A DNA stretch of 64,000 nt. Source: the human T2T-CHM13v2.0 reference genome, Homo sapiens. The DNA lies in assembly GCF_009914755.1 (NCBI RefSeq), contig NC_060933.1. One strand, 5' to 3'. How positions within the stretch are numbered: the stretch's first letter is position 1; every line of letters starts with the position of its first letter. Made by a program: the position numbers and the translations under genes. Positions 18,225 to 35,184 of this stretch are shown here, piece after piece. Below the pieces are notes generated by a model that saw nothing but the letters and a program-made list of their open reading frames with translations, did not search any database and had not been told where the DNA came from.

Positions 18225-19215
18225 ACATATTCACCCATCACTCCAACAATTAGTTACTGAATACCTATTACACATGTGCCTGGCACAGAGCTGGGTGGTG
18301 TGGGTATCAGTGATCAAAAAACAGGGGGCTAGGGTTCAGTGGAAAGCAAACAGATGTTGTTTGATTACACAAAGAATGTATGATTATACAGTGAAGAATG
18401 GGTGTAATTATAAAGTGAGATCACGTACTCTGAGAGATAGTAGTGGAATTTCATGGAATCACCTACTGGTGGAATGGAACCGAGGCTGAGGAAGGGGTGT
18501 TTGAGCTGAGATGTGAGGATGAGTGGAGTTATTTAAGACAAATGGGTTGGGCTGGATTTGGGAGGCTGATGAGAAAACGGTTCCAGGTGGAGGGAATAGC
18601 AGGTGCACACAATATGCCTGAGGATGCGAAGGGCTGCTGGGCGCAGAGAGAGCAGGGGAGAGCCAGCCAGACGAGGCTGGAGAGAGAGGCAGAGGCCATG
18701 CCTATGAACGCCATACAGCCATGTACACAGGTAGGTCTTTCTCCTATGAGTCTCAGGGAGCCAACAAGGGCTCTCCATGGCTGGGAAATGTGATCACATT
18801 TGTGTTTTGAAACAAACAAATAGCTCAGATCGGCATCTGGCATCTAGAGGAGCAGAGAGGGTAAGCGGTGGAATGGAATAATGAGTCGGCTATTGCAGAT
18901 GTCCAAGGGAGAGGTGGCAGTTCCTTGGACCAGTGTGGGGTGATGGGGAGAGATAGTGACTGCATTCAAGAGGCTCACAGGATGTAAATTTGACAGGACC
19001 TGGGGGTGTTATGGCTGTGAAAAGTGAGGGAGAGGAAGATGCCGGGATGAATCCTAGTTTTCTGACTCTTGACTCTGCATGGAGGATGGTGTCATTCACC
19101 AAGAGTTGGGGGAAGATCATGTTTGATCTTCAACATAATTATTTTGAAGTGCCTTTGAGTTATCCAAATGGAGATGTTGAGTAGGCACGAGAATATGGAT
19201 CTGGAAACCAAGATG
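18225..19215 (-). mobile_element. L2 3' portion
   Basis: tactgaatacctatta..tgtgcctggcac; tttgagctgag; tttgaagtgcctttgagttatccaaatggagatgttgagtaggca. Confidence 0.8.
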
Positions 19216-19349
19216 CGCCCTTTTATTATTATATAACTTATTTTTTTGAAGTTCTTAAAAATTAGGTGAAATAGGCAGGGTTTCTGTTTGCATGTGGTTG
19301 GGTGGATTTCTCATTTATTTATGATGTTCACTTTAGCGCATAAAAATCA

Positions 19350-21000
<1,651 letters not shown>

Positions 21001-21932
21001 TGTACTATTTGGAAATACTTTTCTGTTGGGGACATTTCAAGAACATAGTGCATAATTTTTATTTTCCTTTACATATGGCTTTCTGTGGAGATAGGCTATT
21101 ATCTGCAGGAAAAAAGTGAGATGTGAGATGTGAGACCCGCTATGAAAATGCTTTGGTATTTATAAGTCAATTCAATATGCTGGAAAACTCTTTAAAGGAA
21201 ATCATCTTTTACAAACATCTCAAATGTAATCACAGCAAAACATATCCTAAGCAAGGCGATCACTGATGATTTTAAATTCTAAAAGCTTGGACCCATGGAT
21301 GGGCTAACATTGTGTTGAATGGGGTGTCTCTGTCTTGACAATGATACGTACACAATGGATTCTATCACCTAGTTCTTTCCTGTCTTCCCTTATTTTCCTA
21401 CAACAAAGGATGGAAAATAGTCACAACTCAGAACATGTGTATATTTGGAATAGTTCATTCTTTCTGTTTTTTTTTTGTTTTTCTACTATGAAAGAATGTG
21501 CTTTGATCTTCATTGAACCACATGCAGGTCCTTTGAATGCAGCACCTAATGGAGAGGATAAATAAGCCCTGGCTGCTGTAACCGAAGCTGTGTGTCCTGA
21601 AAGCCGCTGGTCTTCCTGGCCGTCTGTCAGCCTGCCTGCCCACGTGTGTGAGGGTCTCCACTGTGAATGCCAGTGTTTTGTGGAAGTGCCTTAGAGGTTT
21701 TGTTTTCGTATCTAAACACTCGCTTCTCAGTGTTCTTGCCAACTGCTGTAGAATTCTTTCATCACTTAGTGAGGGCAATTTTTTTTTTTTGTTTCTTTTT
21801 CAGCTTTTCCTGCTAAAGCTCTTAAACAGTTAAGGAAGACCTCCCACAGACCAGAAAGGATGATTTTTGTCTCTTGATTGATTTAGTTAAAAATTCCCCC
21901 AATTTCCCGTTGATTTGGGTAAACACTGGAGG

Positions 21933-22274
21933 TGTAGTGGATGCTACAGCGTGGGGCCCAGGTCCCTATTTGAGGCCGGGCACTGCTGCTCCAGGCTGCC
22001 AGGAGTGTTGGCTGATGGGAGCTCAGCTGAGGCCCTCCTGGAGAACTGCCCTCAGCTGCTGAAGCCGCCTGACATAGGCACGCCTTCTCCAGGACCCGCT
22101 GTAAGTGGGAATTTGGGGCTGTTCTGATGGGCCATCACCACTCCAGGACTCCCCACAGTCCCCTTTCTCCCTCTGCCTTGTTTCTTTGGGTACTGCTGCT
22201 GTGAGCACTCCCCAGACACCCTCACCCATGTGCTCAAACACCCAGCGGCTTCCCAGGAAATCCAACCTGAGACA
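21933..22274 (+). mobile_element. LTR16-like ERVL LTR (short or internally deleted)
   Basis: tgtagtggatgct start; ends cttcccaggaaatccaacctgagaca. Confidence 0.55.
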
Positions 22275-22313
22275 TAGGAATTTGACGATGAATAAATCCA
22301 GGGGAAAGACTGG

Positions 22314-22795
22314 TGTGTTAGTCAGGGCTCTTCAGAGAAACAGAACCAACAAGACCAATAGGATGGATATGTATGAAATAAGGACTGGTTCCCACAATGA
22401 TGGAGGCTGAGAAGTTTCACAGTCTGCAGTTGGCAAGCTGGAGACCCTGGGGGGCCAGTGTGTAGTTCCAGGCGGGGTCTGAAGGCCCAAAAACCAGGAC
22501 AGCCAATGGTGTAAGTTCCAGCCTGATCCCTAGTCCAAGTGCAGGAGAAAATCAGTGTTCGGGCAGAGTCAGGCAGAGACAGCAAATTTCCCCTTACTCT
22601 GCCTTTTGTTTCAAGCAGGTTTCCAACACACTGGATAAAGCTCACGTAGGGAGGGCAGTTTGCTTTACTCAGTTTATTGATACAAATGTTGTTTCATCCA
22701 GAAACAGCCTCACAGATACACCCAGAATAATGTCTAATCAAATATCCGAGCACCTGCTGGAGCAGTCAAATTGACCTGTAATTCCAACCATTACA
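22314..22795 (-). mobile_element. MLT2 (ERVL) solo LTR
   Basis: Ends cagtcaaattgacc...aaccattaca (reverse complement of the MLT2 start); perfect 5-bp TSD actgg at 22309-22313 and 22796-22800. Confidence 0.9.
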
Positions 22796-23270
22796 ACTGG
22801 TCTTTTCAATAAACAGTACCAGAACACGTGGACATCTGAAGAACTTGGACCTGCTGTTACACCATCCACAAAAATAAAACACAAACGAATCATAGTCCTC
22901 AACATACGGGCCAGGAGTATAAAACTCATTCAAAGAAGACAGGAGTTTTTGACTTTGAGTGAGAAGATATTTTCTTAAAAATGACACCAAAAGCATAAGC
23001 AAGAGAAGAAAAAAGAGTTAAATTGGATTTCATTAAAATTAAAACATTTGTTCATCAAAGGGTACCACCAGTAAAGGGAGAAAGACAACTCAAAGAGCGG
23101 GAGAAGATATTTGCAAATCATATTTCTGACAAGGGATTTAAATCTAGAATATCTAGAAAACACAATTTAGTAATAAAAAGACAACCTACTGAAAAAGGAT
23201 TTCAATAGGCATTTCTTCAGAGAAGATAGACAAATGGTCAATAAGCACATGTAAAGATGCTCAACATTGA

Positions 23271-23613
<343 letters not shown>

Positions 23614-24173
23614 TTAGGGAAATGCAAATCAAACTTCAGTGAGATCCCACTTCACACCCACTAAGATGGCTGTCATCAAAAGACTGTAATAACAAGTGTT
23701 GGTGAGCACGTGGAGAAACAGCAATCCTCACACAGTCATTGCTGGTGGGATCTGAAAGTGGGTGCAGACAATTTGGAAAGCAGCTTCACAGTTACTCAAA
23801 ATACTAGATATAGAGTTACCCTATGACCAGCAATTTCACTTTTAGGTATAAACCTAAGGGAAATAAAAAACATATGACCACACATGCGCACAAACAAAAA
23901 ACTAAAAAAGTTGTCCCTGAATGCTCACAGCATTGTTCATAATGAACAGCATTGTTCATAATAGCCAAAAAGTGGAAAAACCCCAAATGCCCAAATGCTC
24001 ATCAGCTGATCGATGGATAAACAAGCTGTGGTATGTCCATGGAATGGAATGTTATTCAGCCATGCAAAGCAATGGAGTCCTGCCACATGTGACAGCATAG
24101 ATGAGCCTTGAAAACATTTTGCTAACTAAGAGAAGCTAGACAGCAAAGGCCACATATTGTATAATTCTGTTTA

Positions 24174-25705
<1,532 letters not shown>

Positions 25706-25825
25706 ATGTGAAATGTCAGAATAGGCCAATCCATAGAGAGATTGTCTGGGGATGGAGTAGGAGATGGGTAAGCAGGAATCAGGAAGACTGCTGTAGCACA
25801 GGGTTTCTCCCCCACTTCCCACCAC

Positions 25826-26008
25826 TTTTTTCAATAGAGACAGGGTCTTGCTCTGTTGCCCAGGCTGAAGTGTAGTGGCATGATCATGGCTCACTGCAGC
25901 CTCTAACTCCTGGGATCCTCCCACCTCAGCCTCCCAGGTGAGTGCCACCACACCCAGCTAATCAAAAAAATTTTTCTAGAGGCAGGGTCTCACTATGTTG
26001 CCCAGGCC
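25826..26008 (-). mobile_element. Truncated/deleted AluJ
   Basis: gagacagggtcttgctctgttgcccagg...gatcatggctcactgcagcc. Confidence 0.85.
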
Positions 26009-26609
26009 TGCAGAGAGTTTCTTTGGGGGGCATTGAAAATGTTCTAAAATTAGATTGTGGTGATGTAATTCAGTGTGTCTTTGAATGAGTTTAAGTGTCA
26101 TGTCAAGTACAATTGTCTTATTCAGCTTAGATTTTTGGAATGTTTGAAGACAAACATTGCCGTGGAGATCACCTGGTAGCTTTCTGAGCAGGAGGCTGTG
26201 GACTGAGGGGAGCCATCCACTCTGCCGAGAGCTTGAGAAAATGAAGACTGAAAACAGAGCACTGGAGGTCGTTCATACGCAAAAATGCTTTCCCCTCGGA
26301 ATTGTCTCCAGCTCCTTCACCTCTTGGTTGTAGGTACAGACAGCAGAGACAAGAAGAGCCTTGAAGAGGCAGCCACACATTGTGGTGAGGAGCACACAGC
26401 CTCTTGCTAGGATAGGAATATGCTACCTATGCTTTGGTTCCCAATATCCTTGCCAATAAAACCTTTGTCTCTGATCCTCTTAGCTGTAACAGCATGCTGG
26501 ACTAATAGGTTCAGGGAGTAGTCTGCTGTGACAAATACTTGTTGCGCACCTACTATGTGCCAGGGTGTATTCCAGATGCTGTGGATTTGTGATCTGGTTT
26601 GATAATAAA

Positions 26610-26760
26610 TTTTATTTTAATGAATTGTATTTTTAAAATTGTATATATCTGAGGTGTACAGGATATTTTGATATACTTATCTTACTACACATAGACATAG
26701 TGAACTAATTACTACAGTTAAGCAAATTACCATCTTATCATCTCATAGAGTTACTTTAGA
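26610..26760 (-). mobile_element. L1MA 3'-end fragment
   Basis: aaaattgtatatatctgaggtgtaca...tactacagttaagcaaatta. Confidence 0.6.
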
Positions 26761-26904
26761 TAAATATATTTTAGATTCAACATTGACTCATCCAGAAAAG
26801 CATGTTTTGAGCATCCAGTTATTTTCATGAATTGTGCTAGGTTCTAACTGCTGATGAAAACTCATCAATACAATTCCAAACACAGAGGAATCATGTTTTA
26901 ATAA

Positions 26905-27320
26905 ATTGTGGAGTCAAATAAACGTGGGTGAGTGCACCTTTTACTAGCTGTGTGACTGTGGGCAAAATTTTTAGTTTTCTCAACTGTAGACAGAGTAGAG
27001 GGAGTGGGGGAACTTCCTATGTGTCATTAAATGTTGTAAAAATTGATTGCAGTAACCCATCTCATTGAACACCCAGCTCAATGCCAGGAATACATACTAT
27101 AGTTCCCTTCTAATTTCCAGCTCACTCCCATGGATATAGATTATGATTTTTGTAGAAAGCCATCCTAGTAACCTTGTAAACTGACTTCCTCATTTGAAGG
27201 TGAGAAAACTTGGGCTCTGGAAATGTTAGTGTCTTCCCCGAGGTTGTATAATTAGGTAATGGTGATGTCAGCCCTGAAAGCTGGGGATCCCCATTCTCAG
27301 TTCAACGCTTATCTACCACA
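26905..27320. mobile_element. Two MIR fragments in opposite orientation
   Basis: ttactagctgtgtgactgtgggcaa (+) and cctcatttgaaggtgagaaaact (-). Confidence 0.6.
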
Positions 27321-27451
27321 TCATGGTAACTTATGAGATTAGTTTGTCTTCTGTCTCTGTAATTTGCAGTCCCTCAAAGTGTTTAGCTATAATCTTTAAA
27401 CCTGGAACGTTCACTGTAGGCGCTCAGAATATTTAAAAAAATGCCTTCCTG

Positions 27452-27811
<360 letters not shown>

Positions 27812-28649
27812 CTATCCCAAGAATCATTCATTTATTCTTTGTTTTCTGTCTTCAGTCAGTTCTCCATCCCCGACAGATTATTTATCTAACTTTCGGAGTA
27901 ACTCAGTTGTTCTAGTGAAGGGCTGGTGGTTAGAATGTTTATTCAAGGGGGCAGGGCCACTTCCCAATGGAAGACCTCCTCAGCCAAACCGGAGGGTTAC
28001 CAGGAGCAGGGGAGGCTGTGCTTGCCTCCTGCAGGGCACCAGGCACCCTGGAGGCTGCGCTCTGCCTGAGCTGCCCTCCGCGGAGCCCCACGCAAGGCTG
28101 CTCTTGGCCAAGGGCTCTGGTTCCACAGTTCCCACACTCTGCCCATTCCCTGCCCACTAGCATACCAGGGCAAGCTCCTGGCAATGAGCACTGAAGAGCC
28201 TTCCTGCTTGAACGGGGGGTGGGGGGAAGAAAAGGGTAAAATAGAGGATGAAAAATGCACTTAATTTAGTATCTCAAGATATTGTACAGCCACTCATATG
28301 CATAACAGTTTTAGGTATGTAGTAAAACCCGAGGCCTAGGGATGGGTAACTACTGCAACACAAGAAGCCCTGTTGAATTTGTGTCTTCCTTTCAAAAAAC
28401 TAGAAGAGAGTGAGTTTCTGTCACTGCTGCAGAGTTCAGGCCCCAGAGAAGAGTGTTTGGCGCAGAGGGATAAAATAGAGCACCATCGTACCCAGCTGTG
28501 GACAGAGTGGGGGGTCCTTAGCATAACTGTGGCCGACATTTGGGGAAGGCCCTGAAAGAATGAAAATCTCCTTACAGATGAACATCAAATGGATCCACGG
28601 CTCTGCGGAGGACCCAAGACAACTTGCTTGAATTGTTAAGACCTTGTAA

Positions 28650-29280
28650 GAATGTGAACGACTCCTCATGGCCGAGTTGCAGGCACAGCAGGCTGGGGCC
28701 GGGTGGAAACCGAGGGCCAGCAGGGCCGGAACAGCGCATCTCCGCGGACGGCTCCCCATAGGCCCGGCCAGCGCGGAGCCAGGAGGGTGGCGTCCAGGGG
28801 CAGTGGACGCGCACGACAGGAGGAAGCCTGGGCTCTCCTCTCTGACCTCACGCCTGCCCTCCCCGCAGATGGGAATGTCCTTGTCCCGCATGAGCGGCGG
28901 AGCCGGAGGGGACCCCGGCCTCTGACTCCTGCCCGCAGCCCCCTTTCAGCTGCCAGGGTTTCTCTGCCTTAGCTGCACATGAGAACCCCCTGGGGCCTTT
29001 GAAAAACTACGAATGCCCTGGCACCAACCCAACCCCGTTACATCAGCATCTCTGAGGGAGGGGCCTGAGTGCGAACGTACATTGTGTAAAGTTCCCAGGT
29101 GACCTAGCGCGCAGCCAGCACTGCAGACTCCGGGGCCGCCCCAGCCGCCGCCCCGCCGCGGCCCCCCACCCCACGGGCTGCCCTCTGGTTCGGTGCCTCT
29201 GCCTGATTCTGAAGGGCTGCATCCTCCCTTCTCCTCACCACCTATCGCGAGCGGTGACTGTCTCTGGAGGTGTCATTTGG
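28650..29280. promoter_or_regulatory. CpG-island-like GC-rich segment (putative promoter or enhancer)
   Basis: Visibly dense CpG (ccgcggacgg, gcgcggagcc, gacgcgcacg, tcgcgagcg) and GC-box-like run ggggccgccccagccgccgccccgccgcgg at ~29132-29161, against CpG-poor flanks. Confidence 0.65.
28954..29132. mobile_element. MER5-like hAT MITE inside the CpG-rich segment
   Basis: cagggtttctc start; agctgcacatgagaaccccctgggg; catcagcatctctg; ttcccaggtga...gcagcca. Confidence 0.6.
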
Positions 29281-29285
29281 GGGGC

Positions 29286-29729
29286 TGTAGTGGGTTGAGT
29301 GGTGGCTCTCCAGAAGACACGTCCATGTCCGGGAACCTAATTTGTAAAGAGGGTTTTTGAGGATTAAATCAAGTAAAGGTTTTTGAGAGGAGATCATCCT
29401 GGAGTTAGGCTGAGCCCTAGATCCAATGACAAGTGTCTTTATAAGAGGCACGGGGGGTCGGGGGGACAAAGTAGGAGAAGGCCATGTGGAGAGGCAGGCA
29501 GAGATTGGAGTCACAAACCAAGCAATGCCCAGAGCTACCCACAGCTGGGAGAGGCAGGGAAAGATTCTCCTCTAAAGCCTTGGTGGGGAGCATGGCCCTG
29601 CCCACACCTTGATCTTGGACTTCCAGCCTCCAGAGCTGTGAGAGGGCCCATTTCTGTTGTTTAGTCCACCAGGTCTGTGGTCTTCGGTGATCTGTGGTCA
29701 TTGGTTGGCAGCCCTGGGAAGCTGGTAGA
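29286..29729 (+). mobile_element. MaLR solo LTR, MLT1C-like
   Basis: tgtagtgggttgagtggtggc start; caccttgatcttggacttccagcctccaga motif. Confidence 0.85.
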
Positions 29730-30009
29730 GGCACCCTCTCAAGCTGCTGTTTTCTGCTTGGTTGTATCTAGGGCTGAAAGCCATCCAGTTCAACACGCTT
29801 CCTTTGGACTCACTTAACGAACTCACCAAAGCTGGCCTTTTCTTATTATATTTAGAGCGTTTGGGGCTGTCCCCAAACAGCAAAGCCTCCCTCTTTTCCA
29901 CTCCCTTCCAGCCTTCTCTTCTCTATCCAGACTGAATAGCATCCACCAGAAACCACCTCAGAAGGCTCACATCCTAGAGCTGAAAAATGACTTGGCAGGT
30001 TTTAATTTT

Positions 30010-30250
30010 TTCATATCATTTTTTAAAATGAGCAAAATTTATGCCTTGTACAATGACTTGTAGACAATTGAAACAATCTAGAAGAATAAGCTTTGCCTTC
30101 ACCCCCTGCGCCCTTCTTCCATCACACCTCCTATGCCCATGGTAACCAGTGATAACCAAGAACACTCTGGTGAAGACCCTTCCAGTCCTTTCTCTAGGAA
30201 GACACTTTCCAAGTGACAAAGTACTCAAATATATAGGAAATGTAAGCTTT
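30010..30250 (-). mobile_element. L1ME-like 3' fragment
   Basis: ccagtgataaccaagaacactctggtgaagacccttccagtc resembles old L1 3'UTR. Confidence 0.45.
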
Positions 30251-30426
30251 GACACAGGTAGAAACAGAACCAGGCTTGTTGAAGCAGCCATGGTGGGATG
30301 CTTGGAATCCACTGACTATTGCTCCTACAATCTCTCCGAGGAACCCACAGACTACAAGGCACAAAGACAAATTGAAAACCACTATCTTAGCCCTCCTGGG
30401 GATCCGGCCTTGGAAACCAAGGTCAA

Positions 30427-30795
30427 TGCCATGGTTTGAATGTTCATGTCGTCTCCAAAATTCATGTTGAAACAGTCCCCAAAACAAAAGTATTAAGAGG
30501 TGAGGCCTTTAGGAGGTGGTCAGGCCATGAGGGCTGTCTTCAGGGATGGAATTAGTGCCTTGTAAGAGGGCTGGAGGGAGCTAGCTAGGTCTTTTGTGCT
30601 TCTGCCTCTTGTTGTATGAGGACCTAGCAACAAGGCACCATCTTGGAAGCAGGAGCTGCCCTCACCAGACACCTGCTCTGCCAGTGCCTTGATCTTGGAC
30701 TTCCAGACTCCAGAACCGTGAGCAATACATTTCTGTCCTTTATAAATCATGGAGTCTGTGGCATTTTTGTTATATAGCCCAAATGGACTAAGGCA
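30427..30795 (+). mobile_element. MaLR solo LTR, MSTD-like
   Basis: tgccatggtttgaatg...ccaaaattcatgttgaaac start; ends aaatggactaaggca. Confidence 0.88.
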
Positions 30796-30989
30796 GCCAG
30801 GACGAGGGCAAGGCATGTGTGTGAAAAGGTATGGAGGTGCTCATTCGCAGAGCTTAGGAGCTCTTCAGGTTGGATGGTGAAGACCCAGACACGGGCAGAG
30901 GAGGGGTCATGGCTCTCTCTCTTTGAGGCTTCTGGGTATTTCAGAAGGAGGAAGAAGCTGTAGTGATTATTTCCAGCTACATACACCAG

Positions 30990-31350
30990 GAACTCTCCTC
31001 CAAAGCCTACAATATCTCCCCATGTCTCCTACAGTGAAAGCCAAAGTCCTTGCTGGCCACACAGGATCTGCTCCTTCACACCACCCCAGAGACTCTTCCT
31101 CCCCAATCACATCCCCTGTCACTATTTCCTCCACCTGCCCTACTCCAGTCTCTGGCCTCCCTCCTGTCCCTCAGACACACCAAGCTCGGCACCTGTGCAT
31201 TTGCTCTTCCCTTTACCTGGAGTGCTCTTCCCCAGGTATCCGGGCTTCTCCCTTACTTCCTGCAGACCTCTGCTCACATGCCCCTGATCTGAGCTTCCCC
31301 AGCCACCCTACGCAAGTGGCACCTGCCCCACCCACCACATGCTCTTCCCT
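30990..31350 (+). mobile_element. L2 fragment
   Basis: gtgaaagccaaagtcctt; tgcatttgctcttccctttacctggagtgctcttccccag. Confidence 0.7.
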
Positions 31351-31969
31351 GCTTCCTTCACTTCTCCAGTACTGGGTGTCACCTGACTTTCCAGCCATAG
31401 GGAGACAGACAGACTGTACCACAGCTTTTGTGAGAAATAATACAAAAATAAGTCAGCTGCTTTCTCCCACTGACTGCACTGCAGAGATGTCACTGAGTAC
31501 CTGGTCTGCTCTTCCCCAGGCTTCCTTCTCCTCTCTGGCTTCCAGAAACTTGGGGGCCAAATTTGAGGGTGAACTCTAAGAACTCTGTAGGACTTTGATG
31601 TCTTTCTCTTTGGCTGTGATTTTTCAGACTTATTCACATTTCCCCACCCTCGTTTCTTGTGCCTGTTGTGTTATGTTATGCTGTGGAGTTTGCTTTTTTC
31701 ATAACCGAAGGAAGAGGCGGGAGAGAAGTAAGGCACTTGTTGAGGTCCCAGATGAATACACACACTTGAAGAAGGTGACACTCCTTGATTGCCTGTACTT
31801 CTGGGGCGAGCTGCTGGGACTTTTGGCCCAGCAGGCACAGTTGGAAATTTAATACTGCCTGGGACAGATTTTAAAAAGATGGCTGGTACAAGTAGTTCAG
31901 TCAAGTACTGAGATCAAGTTTTTGCTCACGTAGTCTTATGTAAAAGATAGTATGGATAAGAACATGTAT

Positions 31970-32140
31970 CCATAGGTTTACAGAATGTTTGAGCTAGAAG
32001 AAATTGTTGGTACATCCAAATACTTCCTTACAGAAATGAGGAAAACTGAAGACCAAGCAGATTGCCTAAGGACCAGAACTACTTATTGGCAGAGACAATG
32101 GGATGAAAATCTTTTTCTCTCTCCTCCTAGCTTTTTCCAT
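31970..32140 (-). mobile_element. MIR fragment
   Basis: ttacagaaatgaggaaaactgaagacc...ttgcctaagg. Confidence 0.55.
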
Positions 32141-32718
32141 GATACCACCCACAACGTTGCAGTTCTTCCCATTTTGAGTATTGAGATCCTTGGAAAGTGT
32201 GTTAAGAGGTTATGCCTGCATATGTGTAATTCTTTTTCCCCCACAGACTTTCCAAATTCAATACGCTGATGGAAGCAAAGTCCCCCTCATCGCTTTCCTC
32301 AGAGTTTACCCTGGATTTAATGCTAGGGATTAGGAGCGCGCCTGTGCCAGCCTGCTCCCTGCTCGGCCTGCCTGCGCTGGAGGGCTGCTGGTGGGAGGTG
32401 GATGTCAAAACACAGAAGGCGCTTGTTGGAAACAATAGGACTTGGGAAGTGTGGGGCCAGGGATTGGCGCGTGGGGAATACCAGGTGGCAAGGTGGGATC
32501 ATCAGACTGGGGGTTTTCAGGGAAAGCTGCCTGCTGGGTCCAGGAAAATAAAAACACGGGATTCCAGATATTCTCGAAACATGTCTGGTTTTAGTCAATA
32601 TTGTAGGAATCCTTAGCATAGGTTCTCAAAAATCTGTAATATCTTAGGAGGAGCACAGACTGGAACCAAAGGGAAGACTCTGCTGTATGCAAATCTCAGA
32701 AGTCTCCAAGGTGTGTTA

Positions 32719-33176
32719 AACACAACATAGCGCAACACAACACAACCACACAACACATCACACGTGCAACACAACACAACCACACATCACACAGCGCAAC
32801 ACGACACAACCACACAACACAGCGTCATACAGCGCAACATAACAAACCACACATCACACAGCGAAACACAACACAACCACACAACACAACATCACACCGT
32901 GCAACACAACACAACCACACAGCAAATCACACAGTGCAACACAACGACACAACATCACACAGTGAAACACAACACAACCACACAACGCAACATCACACCG
33001 TGCAACACAACACAACCACACAGCAAATCACACAGTGCAACACAACACAACCACACAACATCACACAGCGAAACACAACACAACTACACAACACATCACA
33101 CAGCACAACATAACAAACTACACAACACCACACAGCACAGCACAACACAACACGACACCACACAGCATAACACAAC
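32719..33176. repeat. Degenerate (CACAA)-based minisatellite
   Basis: Recurrent ~30-bp unit like aacacaacacaaccacacaacacatcacacagtgc. Confidence 0.9.
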
Positions 33177-34119
33177 CCAGGCTTCTCTGGTGAGTAGTTA
33201 GGGTTAGGGCCTACCTTTAGGAGGAGAGTCATTCTGATGAATGGGTATATTTGCCTAGTTATGGCTGAGTGGTTTTCAATGCAACTTCAGCCTGGAGTGC
33301 TGTGGAGCTGAGCTGTAGTTCCTGCAATAGTCCCAGTCAGCCAAGCCCAGAGTCCCGTGGGGGAAGGGCTCCTCGAAGTTTGGAGCTCAGGAGCTGTCAT
33401 CCAGAGAGAAAGCTCAGCAAAGTTGACTGACAGAAACGCAAGGAAATGTTGGGTCTGTGCGTCCCATGCTCTTGCATTTTGCAGGTATATTACCCTGGAA
33501 AACCGGAGCCTGTTCAGTAGGAGCTCAGTTGTGCTGGACATGAGCGCTCATGAATTGAATGCCCACATCAGGACTGGGCTTAGTTTTCTATATTGCAAAA
33601 TGATGGCCTTTGGCACATGACATATCACCAACAATGATCCCAATGATGGGCATGCAACTGCTCTTTCAAAAGCTAAGGAAAGTGATCAAATGGAGTTGAG
33701 AAAATGTGCAAGGATCAATTTTCCCATGAGACACACAGCTCTGACCTTAGAGACACCATAATGCAATTTCCAGCTTCACCCTCACTTTGTTTCAGAGTTG
33801 ATTTAAACCCTTGCTGGGTTGCGAGATGTTCCTAACATCTTGCTGCTCTTTGTATCTCTGTCTTCTACCAACAAGAGCCTTGCCTGGATCAAACAGCTTG
33901 AGCTGATCAGGCCAAGGCAGTAAATTCAGAATCAGGGTAAACTTTTTGGCTGTCCCTTAAAACTCTTTCCAGCCATGAGGTTGTCAGTCATCATTTCTGC
34001 AAGGACCCACCTCCATCTGAAGCTCTCAAGTTCATTGTTAAAGGGTAGCTTCCTGGGCCCATTGTATCCTGAGCATGAGTCCAAGAACTGGTACTTTCAA
34101 CATGTGATTCTTATGCATA

Positions 34120-34680
34120 TTTAGTTTATTAAAAACAGCTATTTACCAGAAAACGAACATGCATGTAGCTATGACCCTTGTCAAGAAACAGAACTTTATC
34201 AATGGCAGAGATCCCTTCGTATCCAGCCTCCCCAAGGGTAACTATTATCTTGAGTTTACACAGTTGCTTCAATGCCTTTCTTGAGAGGGCATGCATTAAA
34301 ATTTAGGGATTTATTTAAACATGTATCTCTCAACATCGTAGTAGGGTTTTGTCTGTTTTTTTGAGTTCTATATAAATTGAGTTATGCAGCATGTAGCTTG
34401 GCATTGGATTTTTTTTTTTTGCTTCCTTACCATTAGGTTTGTGAAATTCATTCATGTTTCTGCCTGTAGTTGTAGTTGAATTACATTGCATGACTAAGCC
34501 ACAGTTTATTGATCTATTCCATTGGTGGACATTGGGTTCTTCTTTCCAGCATGCGACTGTTGTGAATAATGCTGCTCTGAACACTCTTGCCCAACACATT
34601 TCTCTTGGTCATACTTAAGAGTGAGATTGCTGGGTGAGCTTCTCTTCAACATTTGTAGAGAATGCAAACTGTTTTACAAA
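34120..34680 (-). mobile_element. L1ME-like 3' fragment
   Basis: ORF 34330-34599 (-) gives VFRAALFTTVACWKE.PNV, a decayed ORF2p C-terminus; old 3'UTR motifs. Confidence 0.75.
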
Positions 34681-34932
34681 CTGTAAAACTGTAAAATTTA
34701 CAAACTGTAAAATTGTACTGTAAGTACAATTTTAAGAACCTTTGTCTATATCTTTGCAGACTGGTAGGTGGAAACAACCTACCAGCTGTATATGTAATTC
34801 ATTGTCATCCCTCAGCCCCCCAATTTTGGAAGGTACTGGCCAGATTTGTTTTCAATTGGAGTTCCGTTGGCCAATTTAATCCCCTTTTTGTTGGTTATTG
34901 CTAAATCCTCCTGAATTAATATCCTAAGTGAC

Positions 34933-35135
34933 TTTTTTTTTTGAGACAGGATCTTGCTCTGTCACCCAGACTGGAGTGCAGTGATCATAGCTCACTGCAG
35001 CCTCAAATTCCAAGGCTCAAGTGATCTTCCTGCCTCAGCCTCCTGAGTAGATGGGACTACAGGCGTGTGCCATCACGGCTGGCTAATTTTTAATTTTTTT
35101 TGTCAAGATGGGGTCTCCCTATGTTGTCCAGGCTG
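34933..35135 (-). mobile_element. 5'-truncated AluJ
   Basis: gatcatagctcactgcagcctc; ctaagtg on both flanks. Confidence 0.9.
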
Positions 35136-35184
35136 CTAAGTGGGCAACACTTTTTCTTGGTCTGTCCGGAAAATAAAATGTATA

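Noticed and set aside
29176-29195. CTCF-like motif (aaccagagggcagc on the minus strand); similar at 46562-46578
   Set aside because: Both deviate at strongly conserved core positions
30923-31579. 218-aa ORF
   Set aside because: Overlaps a pyrimidine-rich L2 fragment; non-ATG start; no recognisable domain
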